From positions 182,195,697 through 182,259,696 of the forward strand of contig NC_068981.1 of the NCBI RefSeq assembly GCF_001194135.2: a stretch of 64,000 nucleotides of DNA, written 5' to 3'. This stretch comes from Octopus bimaculoides. Its lineage: Eukaryota. Of this stretch, positions 1 through 13,116 are shown in pieces. The notes beneath the pieces were generated by a model. That model ran no database searches, had not been told where the DNA came from, and was given only the letters and a program-made list of their open reading frames with translations. Made by a program: the position numbers and the translations under genes. Position 1 is the stretch's first letter, and each line of letters starts with the position of its first letter.

Positions 1-62
<62 letters not shown>
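1..62. repeat. (GT)n microsatellite
   Basis: Pure GT dinucleotide run at the window start. Confidence 0.98.
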
Positions 63-65
<3 letters not shown>

Positions 66-381
66 AGGAAGAGAAAGAGAGTTGCCCAAGGTTTTGCACC
101 CACAAAGCTAAAGCCTTGTGGACAGCTCATCAGACTATATGAATACAAAATTTTAAAATATCTACGTCACAGATATAGAGGACACTTAGTAGAGCTCAAA
201 AGATTCAAATTTAGACTCCGATGTCTTTACAGGGGATCGATTCCACAAAGTAAAGAAAGGCTATAAGAGGGATCAGGTTGAGGAACAGGTATAGAAGCAA
301 TTTTGGGGACAAGCGACATGGGATGAGGTAATAAAGTATGCCCTTCAAACGTTGAGTTCTGTTTTTCTTGTTTGCATCACC

Positions 382-412
<31 letters not shown>

Positions 413-413
<1 letters not shown>

Positions 414-672
414 AGGAGTGTAGTTTAGTGGTTAGGGGTATTTGGCTCTTGGCAGTGTGTTGTGTTCTTGAGCAAGACACTTGATTTCACATTGTCGCAG
501 TCCACTCAGCTAACAAAAATGAGTTGTCATTTTTTTTCAAAGGGCAGTTTTGTCACATTGTGCTTTGTCATATGTCTGTGGAGTGTTCAGCCACTTTCGC
601 GTTAATTTCACAAGAAGCAGGCTGTTCTGTTGACCAGATAATGGAATATTTGTCATCATAACCAACAAAGTG
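413..672 (+). mobile_element. tRNA-head SINE, family A (degenerate)
   Basis: A-box-like tagtttagtggttagg and CORE-like gtgttcttgagcaagacactt; body colinear with the copy at 56118-56425. Confidence 0.75.
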
Positions 673-1184
673 CCTTCTCTATATGTTCTCTTTATGAACA
701 TGATACATATAAGAATACATGTTGTTTATTATATATGATTACACTAATGTCAGTGTATTAGACACTTGAACAATGTTACAGATTTATCCTCAGATCCTGT
801 TCAAAAACTGAATGATATGTTTTGGTAATGACTAAGAAGTCTAATCAGATGTTGATTTACTCCAGGCCAGGTCCTGATTGAGCTGACCTATACTCAGTCA
901 TTCTAGGCATGATCATCCTGCCTTTTATGGCATGCATTATCCAATATGTTCCTCCTTTCTCTTTCACTTTATTTATTTATTTATTTGGTTTTGAAAATCT
1001 ACACAGTGGAATGTGAATCTGAAGAAGTTTTGCTGTTGAGCATTACTTAAAGACTTTATCATTGGCATATAGACCAACCAATCAGTATTTTCAAATGCAG
1101 CATTAGCTTTTATACTAAGGATCAGCTCAAATCCTTTCATCCAGCCCACAATTTCCTTTCATCCCATCTGCTGACTTAATTGAA

Positions 1185-1582
1185 TGTGTGATGTTGCACA
1201 CAAAAACACACTTTTGTGCCACTTATGTGGCATCTTGGGCAAGTGTCTTCTACTATAGCCCCAGGCTGACCAAAGCCTTATGAGTGGATTTGGTTGGCAG
1301 AACCTGAAAGAAGCCCATTATATGTTTGTATGGTGTGGGGGAGGTATTTGTGCCTTCTCATTTTGATATTATGTGATAGTTGTAAATGAATGCCCCTGTC
1401 ATGCAAGCAGTGTTGTTTATTTCCAATATTCTGTGAAAGCATGTCTTGTTATGGAGAAATATGTTACTGGGAAACGGGTGAGTGTTGGTGACAAGAAGGG
1501 CATCTGTTCATAGAAAATCTACCTCAATAAAATCTGTCTGATGCATGTGAGCATGGAAAAGTGGATGTTAAAATGATGATGA
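1185..1582 (+). mobile_element. SINE-B2 (B head with RTE-type 3' tail)
   Basis: Head ...ttgggcaagtgtcttctactatagcc...gagtggatttgg; tail gaagggcatc...gcatggaaaagtggatgttaaaatgatgatg shared with the RTE 3' end. Confidence 0.75.
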
Positions 1583-2689
1583 AATGAATATTGAAATGAA
1601 TTTTTCTTTAACAACCAATAAAATTCAGTATTGAAAAAAAGTTTAATTTTTGCAGAGCCCTTAAAAGAATCAGTGTTTCATATTAATGGAAGAACAGTAA
1701 AAATGAAAATCCTCTCACTTAAAAAAAAAAAAAAAACGATTGTTCTGGTGTGAGACTAAACATTTAAATGACTTCACTTCCCTAAATAAATATAAAAGTG
1801 ACTTACAACATATCATATGCTGTCTTAATCATAGTTTACATGAAAAATCAATCCTTAAAAGTTAAGGAGTGACTAAATATATTTACTTGTCCATCGAGGA
1901 AAACATTTAAATTGGCTCATCACATTTACACTTACTAAAAGTGTTTTAACACTTCATTATATGCTGTACCATACATGGCACATACTGCTATTCAGGTTGT
2001 TAAATGTGTTACAATTCCTTCACAAATGTGTGACAGGTGACATTTTGTTTGTTTGTTTTTTTTCCCTGAATTTATAAAGTGCATTCAATTTGTATTATAC
2101 AACCTTTGTATGAACTGTTGCTGTTTAACTATTTTGATTTTTTTTTTTTTTTATTTTTTTTTTTAATTTGAATAGAAGACAGGCACAGATATGGCTGTGT
2201 GGTTAAGAAGTTCACTTCTCAACCATATGGTTTTGAGTTCAGTCCCCCTCTGCAGTGCCTGAGTTAGGTATCTTTCATAATTGCCCTGAATCAACCCAAA
2301 ACTTTGTGAATAGATTTGGTAGATGAAAACTGAAAAAGCCCTTTGTATGTTTGCAATGTATGTATGTATGCATGCATGCATGTTTGTTTACATTTGCACT
2401 TCCCTGAAAATTGGTCAGTTATGGACATTGGCATTGCTACCATTTTCCTTGTCTCCTATGTCTCGAAGTCCCTAGGACAAAACAACAACAGTAATCAGAA
2501 ATTGATGTTTGAATCTGCCAAAACACATCAAGAATGAATGGGTTAAATATTTTTTCTACTAAGATTGTATGACTTAAACAAGTAAAATAAGTACATAAAA
2601 ATGAACCTGTTTCTTTGAATGCAGGATGTTTGTTTATTTATACATTTTTTTATGCATTTTTTGTGCCTCTTTTTTATAATTCCATATAC

Positions 2690-3057
2690 GTGACAGTGAA
2701 AGCTTTATTACATAAATTAACCTTTACACACCTGCAGCCATGATAAATAACTTCAACCACTTTCCCTGCTGTTTTAAAGAAAATTGAGAAGCAAATTCTC
2801 CATTTTTTTTCAAATTTTTTTTTTTTCAAATTTGCTCAAAATCTCACTCTCAGCCTAAAAGCTACAATTTTCAACAATGTTTTTCAGATTTCATTGAAAA
2901 CGCAAAAGCATTACTAATCTTTCAAAATCCATTTGACTGCATTATCTAGAAGATTCCAACAGATCTTCAACTGAAAGCTGTTAATCTGCAGCCAAATGGC
3001 ATGCTAAAAGACAAGTACGAAAGGGAAAACTTGACTGACTTTCTTAAATACTTCATC
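2690..3057 (+). pseudogene. hAT (Charlie/SPIN/GTF2IRD2-like) transposase relic
   Basis: Frame from 2872 reads QQCFSDFIENAKALLIFQNPFDCII*KIPTDLQLKAVNLQPNGMLKDKYERENLTDF, matching the hAT pattern RFxDF..F.NPF...P..LQ.E.I.LQ....LK; internal stop. Confidence 0.75.
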
Positions 3058-5624
3058 ATTATCACTATTTTTCGTCTGTTTTCCTTATTGGTATGGGTAG
3101 GATTGTTTGCTAGGATTCAATTGGTTAGGAGATTACATTTTGTTCCAGTATCTGATTCTGGTATCGTTTCTACAGCTGGAAGCCTTTCCTTATAAGCAGC
3201 CACATCACAAAGTTCACTGGGTGCATTTTTTATGGCATTTGTACAATAGTCTTGCTGACAATAAAGCACCTGCCTTGCCATCAGCAAGATAAAAAGCTCT
3301 CTTCAGGCCCTGCATTGTTGCAACTTGAATTGATTACCAATCACTTACAGGGAGTATTGGATGCGTTTTTTGTGACACCAGCATATCATCCCAGATGAAA
3401 TATATATGTCTTTAAAATCCATTACTCAGAGATTGATTTCAGCATTTGATACTGCCCAATTTACAGTATTTTAAAGTATATAAGGAACCCCCTAAATTTT
3501 GTGGCTTAAAATTTGGAAAAAAGGTTTTGTAAGGGATTATAATATTATCCATGTATAAGAAACTCATATATTTTTTTAACCTAATTTTTGACAAAAAAGG
3601 ATTCCTTATACATGTTAAAATATAGCATATACAGAAGAAATAAAAACAAAAAGCCTTTTCAAACATGATGTATATTAAGTATGTTTAAATGTCAGTGTTA
3701 AGTGATAACCACTTGATTACAGGATCTAAAATAATTTGAACCAGAATTTGACAATATTTAAGACACCCCTCTTGCCACACATTACCACTATTGCTGTGAA
3801 AAAGGAAAGAATATCATAGTCCTTCTTAGTTGATAGTACATGTTTATGTAAGTACATTTGTAGCACATTTACTCTTTCTTTTTTTTTCTTCTGTTGTTGT
3901 TTAGATAGCATGCAGCTTAGACCTTATTCCTCTCTTTCTCTGTCTCACAAACATATTTTAAATGTTATAATGCTCTGGGTCTATATTCCACATGAACTAC
4001 AAAAACAGCTGCATTTCTTTGGTGTTTGAGTAGGCTTTTTCCACCAGGCTGCTAGGCTACCAAATCATTAGATAAACTAGTGAATGTGTTCAAAACTTTA
4101 GTTTGTATGGCATTTACCTGGCAAACTTTTGTCAGTAGCTATCCTGCCAGTTACATTTATATTTTTCGTGCTGAACACCACAATTTAATCCAAACTGATA
4201 TCTAACTGAAACAAGGTTTCCTAGTGACATTAAATATTGAAACTAAAACATGAACGTTTTGAATGACTTTAAATAACACCAATTGTGACTGTTATTTATT
4301 TATTTTCTCCTATCATGTTGTTCTGTTGTTGTTGTTATAATTCTAGTATTGTGCTATTATCAGTATTCTAATTCATTAACATGCAAGTAACGGTTAGTGA
4401 CAGGAAGGGTATTCAGCTGTAAAAGAATATTTCAATATATTTATCTAACCTATGCTAGCAAGGAAAAATAAGGGTAAAGACAAATGAACAAAACATTACT
4501 CATTGTTGAATTTCTGAGCTTAGCTTAAGAACCACCCTTTTTTTTTTAATGTAATTAATCAATATTATGATGTTTAGAAATGCTTGATCTTTATATTGGT
4601 TTCGGTGGAATTTGAACTCAGAATCTAAGGAGGTTATCTTTTATATTATTACCACTGGAAAACATTTTATTTCACATGAAATGCTTAGAAGGAAAACAAG
4701 TAACAAGCTATGTTCATAGCTGTAGATGATCATAGTTTCAGTTTTTTATTCACCTTGGGGCTCCACAAGACATAGAAACATATCTAATATAGTCTCCTCC
4801 TTTCTCATCTTGTCCATAAGTTTGCCAACCCCTGTTTTAGATTAATCCCTTCTCTTGTTTCAGTTGTTAGACTGTGGCCATACTGGGGCACCACCTTGAA
4901 GACTTTAATTAAACGAATCAACCCCAGAACTTGTTTTTAAGTCGAGTTCTTATTTTGGTTTATTTTTACTGTACTGCTAAGTTTCAGAGACATAAACAAA
5001 CCAACACTAGTTGTCAAGCAGTGGTGGAGACAAACACACACACACACATACAGTGGGCTTCCACACAGTTTCCATCTACCAAATTCACTCACACTTAAAC
5101 AATTGTATACGACATACATAAGAATATGCACACCATGTACAAGCTAAAATACATATATTTCTCATAGTGGAAAGTACAAACACTATATATACACAAGGAG
5201 TATGTCAAGGTAAGGTGGACAAAGTAAGCAGTGCTTACCCAGACCAGCATTCTGGATATAATTAAATACAAAAATTAAATGATTAAAAACAAAAACCAGG
5301 AAGCTGGCAGTGTATTCTCAGTTTTTAGATCGGTGCGCTGAGTCCTTATCTAGTTTAAAAAAAAAAAAAAACTACCTGAAAAATCTTGTCCAACTCATGC
5401 TAGCAAAGAAAAGTAGGTACACAAACATTTATAAATTCAATGTTTTAAACTTTACAAATAATTACATTCAGAATTCTTATCAATGTGCCTCATGTTTTGT
5501 GCAAAATATCTTCAGCTTTGTGCTATTTTCATAGCTCATTGTAGAAATATAATCCTAACTATGTGCTATGAAATAACAAACACATAGCTGGGATTGTATG
5601 CCAGATTCATATCATACTTCTATT

Positions 5625-6035
5625 TTTTATCTTTTACTTGTTTTAGTCATTGGACTGCAGCCATACTGGGACACTGCTTTGAAGAGTTTTAGTTGAACAG
5701 ATTTACCATAAGATTTATGGATTTTTTTTTTGTCTGGTACTTATTCAGTTTCTTTTGTTGAACTGCTAAGTTACAGGGACATAAACCAACACCAGTTGTC
5801 AAGTGGTTGTGAGGGTGTGTGTATGACAAACACAGACACAAAGATACACATTCATAGATATAGATATATATGCCAGGCTTCCATACAGTTTCTGTATACC
5901 AAATTCACTCGCATGTCATTTGGTCAGCTTGGGACTTTAAAAGATGACACTAACTCAAGGTACTGCTCAGTAGGACCAAACCCCAAACCAGGTTGTTACA
6001 AAATGAGCTTATTAACCACACAGCTATACCTACAC
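5625..6035 (-). mobile_element. SINE-B1, near full length, diverged
   Basis: Reverse-complement match along its length to the copies at 20150 and 45344. Confidence 0.8.
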
Positions 6036-6514
6036 TAATGTAATCTCTATTGATTGAACTTCCTTTTGACTCACTCATTATCATCTGTTTGACTTTCCCA
6101 GTTATGTCAATTTTGAGCAAACAGAAATTTCAGGAAATGAAATAGAAAGAACACCTTTTAATCAAATATAGAGCTTTTAATCAAATGTAGAGCTTGTAAA
6201 CTAAGAGTATCATGAAAGGCCTGGTTGGAGGCCCAACCTTCTGAGTTCTTTTACAGGGCTTAAGAAAACTGAAGGACTGCTGCAATAAGTGTGTGAATCT
6301 GAGAGGGGATTATGTTGAATAGAATCATAGTTAACTGATTGTCCTGTATTATCTTTTCCCAAAAGCTAGGACCCCTCTCTTGTGTGTATGTATGTATATG
6401 TGTGTGTATATGTGTATGTATGAGTGTATAGGTCGTTTTGACTACTTCTAGCATGTAAAAACTGCCTGTTGAAGGCAGTTTTCTTTTGTGTTTAAATGTA
6501 CACTATTTTATATT

Positions 6515-6516
<2 letters not shown>

Positions 6517-6591
<75 letters not shown>

Positions 6592-6601
6592 NNNNNNNNN
6601 N
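6517..6601. repeat. (GT)n microsatellite ending in a 10-N gap
   Basis: GT run 6517-6591, N 6592-6601. Confidence 0.95.
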
Positions 6602-7284
6602 TTCTAGAACAAGGAAATCTGCCTATGGTCACTTGACTGAAAGGAATAATTAGGTTCTTTTACAGAGGAAACATAAAACAAATTTTTATTTTGTGTGTGT
6701 GTGTATTTGTAGGTGTGTTATTTTCTGGTATTTGGCTGATAAAGACTCAACAAAAATATGTGGAATTTGTACAGGTGTGTAGAAGAAATGAATAGTTTTT
6801 AAACGGTACTCAAGTATCAATTTCCATTAAAACTGAATGTTTCTGAATTATTTTTATAATGCTAACTAATATTGTGGTAGAGATTTTTTTAGTCCTGTTC
6901 ATATTTTTGTTAGAATCTGTCTCTTACAGAATTGTGCAAATATTTCATTCCAATTATGAAAACTATTGATATGTCTAAGGTGTACATGTAGCTGTCCGTT
7001 AAGAAGTTTGCTTCATGGTTTTGGATTAACTAAAGCCTTTTGAGTGGATTTGGTAGACAGAAACTGAAAGAAGCCTGTTGTGTGTGTGTGTGCCTGTCTG
7101 CATGTGCGCGCGCACGTATGTGTGTTTGTGTATATACTGTGTGATAAGGTTTCAATAAGTATAGCCCTCAATCCACTGAGAGAATCGAGATATTATTTTG
7201 TACTTCACAAGGCTTTATATGTATAATAATATATATGCATGTCCCTTACATCCCTGTCCAGCTGAGTGTCCCTAATTTTGTGAG

Positions 7285-7965
7285 CTCGTGGGTGCTGATG
7301 CCACGTAAAAAAGCACCCATACTGGTGCCACATAAACACACCCATGCCAGTGCTGCATAAAAGCACCCAGTGCACTTTTGTAAGGTGGTTGACATTAGGA
7401 AGGGAGGGCAGGGCACCCAGCCATAGAAACCTTGCCAAAACAGTCATAGAGCCTGGACAGCTCCTGTCAAACTACCCAGTCTATACCAGTATTGAAAACA
7501 GATGTTAAGTGATGTATGTATGTATGTATGTATGTATGTGTGTGTTGTAAAGTGGTTGGCATTAGGAAGGGCATCCAGCCATAGAAACCATGTCAAAACA
7601 GACACATGGAACCTGGTGTACCTTTCTGGTTTGCCATCACCTGTCGAACCATCCAACCCATGCCAGTATGGAAAGCAGACATTAAATGATGATATAAATA
7701 TGTATATATATGTGTGTATATATGTATGTGTGTGTGTGTGTGTATTACTGTCTCCTTACCTTGACATTGTGTGATAGTTATAAGTATCACTGTCATGCAA
7801 GCAGTGACTTGTTTCCAATTTTCCAAGAGTTCATGTCTGGTCATGAAGAAATATTAATTTGCTTGGAATCAGGTGAGGGTTGGTAACCGGACAGGTATCT
7901 GGCTGTAAAGAAACCACCTCAACAATTTCCGTCCAACCCATGCAACTATGGAAAAGTGGACAATA
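7285..7965 (+). mobile_element. Stack of three RTE-type 3' termini separated by microsatellites
   Basis: Three successive copies of the aggaagggcatccagc...ccaacccatgc..catggaaa terminus (about 7285-7515, 7545-7700, 7740-7965). Confidence 0.7.
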
Positions 7966-8346
7966 GTCTAAGTTATATTAATATGAATATTAGATGTTTT
8001 GGCATTTCTTCAAATTAAGCTGTTTTTTGTTTTTCAACTATTTTCCAGGATGTAATTAACATTGTTACAATAGCTTTTGAATATTTATTTAGCTGTGACA
8101 AATTAACCAATTTGCTATTTTTGTTTATATGCTGAATAATATATTTTTCCATGACTTTACAATAAGCTTAATTTAAATTCTTCAGTTAATATATATAATA
8201 GTGGTTTGTAATGAAAGAAAAATTCAGCTGCAGTAACACATTTTCATTTGTCACCCACCTTTTTCATTGTTCAGAACTAAAACAACTATCAGTATGTATC
8301 AACCGTGTAGCACTACTTACTTGTAAATTGTCTATTTTATAGTTTA

Positions 8347-9742
8347 CTAGCAGAAATACCCGGCTTTGCCCGGGTTAAAGAGAATAATGAAATCTAAAAG
8401 CACCGTCTAGACTACGCAACCCTCAACTGTTAGTAGCTACGATACCATATTTCTACATTAATAACTCTCCAATCCATGCCAGCATGGAACATAGACATTA
8501 AGTGGAATGCCAGTCTCTCATCTAGGAGGGCCTTGAAATCAATGTTACCAACTGGGGACTATGTGTGTCGCAGTGATAATAAAAAGACCCAAAGGAGGTC
8601 TGCAACGAAATAATTTTACTCAACACTTTGCAAGTGAATCAGTGGAGGCAAAGATGCGTNNNNNNNNNNNNNNNNNNNNNNNNNNNNNNNNNNNNNNNNN
8701 NNNNNNNNNNNNNNNNNNNNNNNNNNNNNNNNNNNNNNNNNNNNNNNNNNNNNNNNNNNNNNNNNNNNNNNNNNNNNNNNNNNNNNNNNNNNNNNNNNNN
8801 NNNNNNNNNNNNNNNNNNNNNNNNNNNNNNNNNNNNNNNNNNNNNNNNNNNNNNNNNNNNNNNNNNNNNNNNNNNNNNNNNNNNNNNNNNNNNNNNNNNN
8901 NNNNNNNNNNNNNNNNNNNNNNNNNNNNNNNNNNNNNNNNNNNNNNNNNNNNNNNNNNNNNNNNNNNNNNNNNNNNNNNNNNNNNNNNNNNNNNNNNNNN
9001 NNNNNNNNNNNNNNNNNNNNNNNNNNNNNNNNNNNNNNNNNNNNNNNNNNNNNNNNNNNNNNNNNNNNNNNNNNNNNNNNNNNNNNNNNNNNNNNNNNNN
9101 NNNNNNNNNNNNNNNNNNNNNNNNNNNNNNNNNNNNNNNNNNNNNNNNNNNNNNNNNNNNNNNNNNNNNNNNNNNNNNNNNNNNNNNNNNNNNNNNNNNN
9201 NNNNNNNNNNNNNNNNNNNNNNNNNNNNNNNNNNNNNNNNNNNNNNNNNNNNNNNNNNNNNNNNNNNNNNNNNNNNNNNNNNNNNNNNNNNNNNNNNNNN
9301 NNNNNNNNNNNNNNNNNNNNNNNNNNNNNNNNNNNNNNNNNNNNNNNNNNNNNNNNNNNNNNNNNNNNNNNNNNNNNNNNNNNNNNNNNNNNNNNNNNNN
9401 NNNNNNNNNNNNNNNNNNNNNNNNNNNNNNNNNNNNNNNNNNNNNNNNNNNNNNNNNNNNNNNNNNNNNNNNNNNNNNNNNNNNNNNNGTGAAAGTATTT
9501 GACATGAGTGTTTTTGTTTCACTTTTGACACGTAATACTTAAATAGTGGAGGAGATATTATGTTGCCGTGGGCTCGAACTCTGCAAGAAGTTAAAAAATT
9601 TTTTGACTAAAACACAACTGGAACCCTAAGTAAGGCATGTGTAAAATTTGAATGAAATTGGTTGCGTAGTTCTCGAGTTTTAGGGATTCACATAGACAGA
9701 CAGACAGACAGACACACACATTCTCATTTTTATATATATAGA
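8347..9742 (-). mobile_element. Non-autonomous Helitron spanning an assembly gap
   Basis: Minus strand starts A|TCTATATATAT at 9742 and ends with a hairpin (acccgg/ccgggt, 8358-8375) then CTAG|T at 8347; AT target site; (GACA)n near the 5' end. Confidence 0.85.
8660..9488. other. Assembly gap (829 N)
   Basis: N run; the X-filled ORFs across it are artefacts. Confidence 1.
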
Positions 9743-10896
9743 TTTTGGGGGGAAAAAAAGTATAAACAGAAACACTTGTCTTATAGGTGTTTTGTTAGTT
9801 AATTTTTCAGTATAGGAAAACTGATGTATTATTAGTGTAATGATCTATGTAGGCAATGATTCAGTCATTCTTGTGTGTGAGCAATGTAAACCAGCAAACA
9901 ATTTCTGCTTCATCTTTGTTTGGCACTCCATCAAGTTGGCTTCATTCTCTCTCTTCCTTTTGTGCTCTGCAGCTATATAAATGTAGACAAGTGGAGTTCA
10001 ACAAAGCACTAATAACATTATACAAAATGCTTGACTCTTCAGCCAAGAGACCAACATCTACTTAGTTGTGGTGACACATTTAAATAATGGAAATCATGAT
10101 TGCAATATAAACTTATATTAAGATATCTAACATTAATCCATTGTCACTGAATACAAGTTTTTATTATTAAATTTAGACTCTGTTTTAAGTTACTCTTTTC
10201 TGCTCTTTTCTTTATTACTAAGCCATCATTAATTGTTTATGTCTATATTTTTATTTCTTTCACCTCATATTGTTTTTTTTATTACAACTATGCTCCTAGA
10301 ACCCATTCAATTACGCTAATTTTGTTTGCTAGCAACCAAGTATTATTAAATTTCATTGAATATATCTTATTCTACTTCATGTATTTTCCCTTAAAAATCA
10401 ACATCTTATACATATTACAATCAAATTAGCATTACACACCAGCTGTTATAATATCTAGACAGGTGCTGCAAATACCTGGGATGGTAGATCTACTTTAGTC
10501 ACTGCCATTCCAGAAAGAATTCAGAAGAAAGCCACTCAGTTGATTCACAAATCTTCTGCCTCTCATAACCTTTAGATTCTGAATCACTAGATCATGCTGT
10601 GTCTTTCCTGATATTTCTATCATTACTATGCCAAAGTCTGCTATTCCAAACTTGCTAGCTGTGCCAAATATGTTACAGGAAATTATCTACTGCAACCAGT
10701 TTTCTGCATCTCAGTGCCAGTTCTATTCTCTTTTTTTTTTTTTTAACTCCATAGCAAACCCAAAGATTTTGATTATGAGAAGTTCTTAAAATTTTAAATC
10801 CATAACTTTTTTAAAGATTCTTACAAGGCATATGAATGTAAGTTCTTCCTGTCTCCTAATTGACAAGCTGTACATGGGCCTAGGTCAAATATCTTT

Positions 10897-10934
<38 letters not shown>

Positions 10935-11109
10935 ATTTCATCATCATCATTATTAACCCTTTTGTTACCAACCTGGCTGAAACCGGCTCTGGCTCGGAGT
11001 ACAAATGTCTTGTTTTCATAAGTTTTGAATTAAAATCTTCCATCAAACCATAGTCTGTGTGGAACTGTGTGGTTGGGAAGCAAGCTTCTTACCACACAGC
11101 CATGAGAAA

Positions 11110-11345
11110 TTGGTATTATATTCTTTCTACTATAGGCACAAAGCCTGAAAATTCGGAGGAAGGGGCTAGTTGATTACATTGACCTCCCCAGTTTGCAACT
11201 GGTACTTATTTCATCAACCCCAAAATGATGTGAGACAAAGTTGACCTCAGTGATATTTGAGCTCAGAATATAAAGCTGAAAGAAATGTCATGAAGCATTT
11301 TGTCTAGCATGCTAACGATTTTGTCAGCTTGCAACCTTTTTAAAA
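11110..11345 (-). mobile_element. SINE-C copy
   Basis: Reverse complement of the gagctggcagaatcgttagc...aaatttcaggccttgtgcc family. Confidence 0.75.
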
Positions 11346-11754
11346 TTTTGGCACAAAGCCAGCAATTCTAGATATGATATCAAATTTGAAAATGTTGAGC
11401 TTCACAGAAGAGATAACTATGGGAGTAAAACTATGGATGTCATTTTGCAATCCATTGTGGTTTCCCAGCAGAAAAATGGAAGTTTTAGAAATACAATGAT
11501 AATGATGATGACGTAACATGTTAAGTTAATTATGCATTATGTTAATTGTTTAATTAGTCTTAATAATTTCTATTGTTGATATGTACATGTGAAGTTTCTT
11601 AGTCTTTGCACACTGAAAGCTTTTCACTTGAAAAAATAATCCTTATTTTTTTTATATATTTTTTTTAAATGTATTCTTTTGTTCCATTGTTTTTGTAAAT
11701 TTTAGACTTTTCAAATGTAAGCTGTGAAACAACTTTATATCACATTATATGATA

Positions 11755-12130
11755 TATAGGTGCAAACATGGCCATGTGGCTTCTTTTTCCCAATCACATG
11801 GTTTCAGGTTCAGTCCCACTGCATGGCACCTTAAGCAAGTGTCTTCTTCTGTAGCCTCATGGGTGAATTTGGTGGATGGAAACTGAAAGCAATCCATTGT
11901 ACACACGTGTGTGTGTGTGTGTATCTTTGTATGATAGTTGTAAATAAGCATCAACGTTATATAAGCGGTGTCCTTCATTTACAGTCTTCAATGAAAACCT
12001 GTCCTTGATTAGAAACGGGTGAAGGATGGTAACAAGAAGGGCATTTGGCCAAAGAAAATCTGCCTCATCTAATCCTGTCCAACCCATGCAAGCATGAAAA
12101 ACAGATGTTAAGACAATGATAATGATGATA
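11755..12130 (+). mobile_element. SINE-B2
   Basis: B head (catggccatgtgg...gttcagtcccactgcatggcacctt), GT microsatellite, RTE-type tail ending gatgttaagacaatgataatgatg. Confidence 0.8.
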
Positions 12131-12163
12131 TGTATATATGAACTACTTAAGCAAGATATATTT

Positions 12164-12391
12164 TTAATCCTTTAGCATTTAAACTGTCCACCATCGGGCC
12201 CAAATATCCTGTCTGTTTTGTGTTGAAACTGACTGGTTCTAGCTTCTCACACCTACCTACAATGTCATTCTAAATATAAACAGTCACATCATTGAAATCT
12301 TGAATCTGTGATATTTTGAAGGATTAATTCAAAACAATGTAATTAAATAAGCATTACATTTGACAGACTAATCTGAATGCAAGAGATTTAA
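12164..12391. mobile_element. TTAA-flanked (piggyBac-type) MITE
   Basis: TTAA-tcctttagcatt ... aatgcaagagat-TTAA; same family as 17405 and 35812. Confidence 0.75.
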
Positions 12392-12623
12392 AGATATAAA
12401 TAAAGTTTTTTAAATGTTTAGATTTGTAATTATGCTGCATTGTCTTTTGAATCTAGTTATCTGGTGTATAAAATTTTTAGACTATCCTACTTGGTATAGT
12501 TTTCAAACATCACCATTACTTTTGACTAAGGCCCTTCCAATATCAATAAAAAAAATCATAAAAGGAAACGAGGCAGGATTAAAACCCATAGAGGCCCTAA
12601 GCACTTAAAAGATTTTGGTGCCC

Positions 12624-12664
<41 letters not shown>

Positions 12665-13010
12665 NNNNNNNNNNNNNNNGATAATAAGCGAACAAATAAA
12701 TTTTTAATTTTTGTATACTTCCACTTTATTTATATTTGCAATTAGGAGAAAACTTTTCAAAGTTTTTATCCATCCTCAAAATTAATCTTATATAACACAT
12801 CTGCTTCTATACTTAGTAGAGATGAGGCATCCTGAATATTATTTTAGCAAGTTTATAGTGATTTCTTTTGTGCTGTAAAGCATTTACTATTTCTGTGGTG
12901 TTTTGTTTTTTTTTCTTCCTTTGATGCTCTAAGCACATATTTATTTTATTTTGTGGTTAATCCAGTGCTGGAAGGAAGGACAGTAGCCATGATATTTTTG
13001 CATAGCTTTC

Positions 13011-13116
13011 ATGATGAGTGGAAGGAAAAGAACTCGTGAATCATTCCTAGACTGGAGGTCTGCTCTACAGAACAGAGTGGACATTGTCATAGATATCCAA
13101 GGGTCAGATGGTGATG
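13011..13116 (+). CDS. Candidate upstream coding exon of the WIP-like gene (exon 12966-13116): MMSGRKRTRESFLDWRSALQNRVDIVIDIQGSDGD
   Basis: Acceptor ttattttattttgtggttaatccag|, ATG at 13011/13014, donor GATG|GTAAAC in phase 1. Joins in frame to the 28162 acceptor (G|AG TTG CTC ACT GAC ACC ATG). No homology recognised. Confidence 0.4.

Noticed and set aside
63-385. Possible L2/CR1 LINE relic (TLWNRSP-like on the minus strand)
   Set aside because: One short motif only; too degraded to support.
8561-9542. Four ORFs of about 300 aa
   Set aside because: Made almost entirely of N-gap codons.
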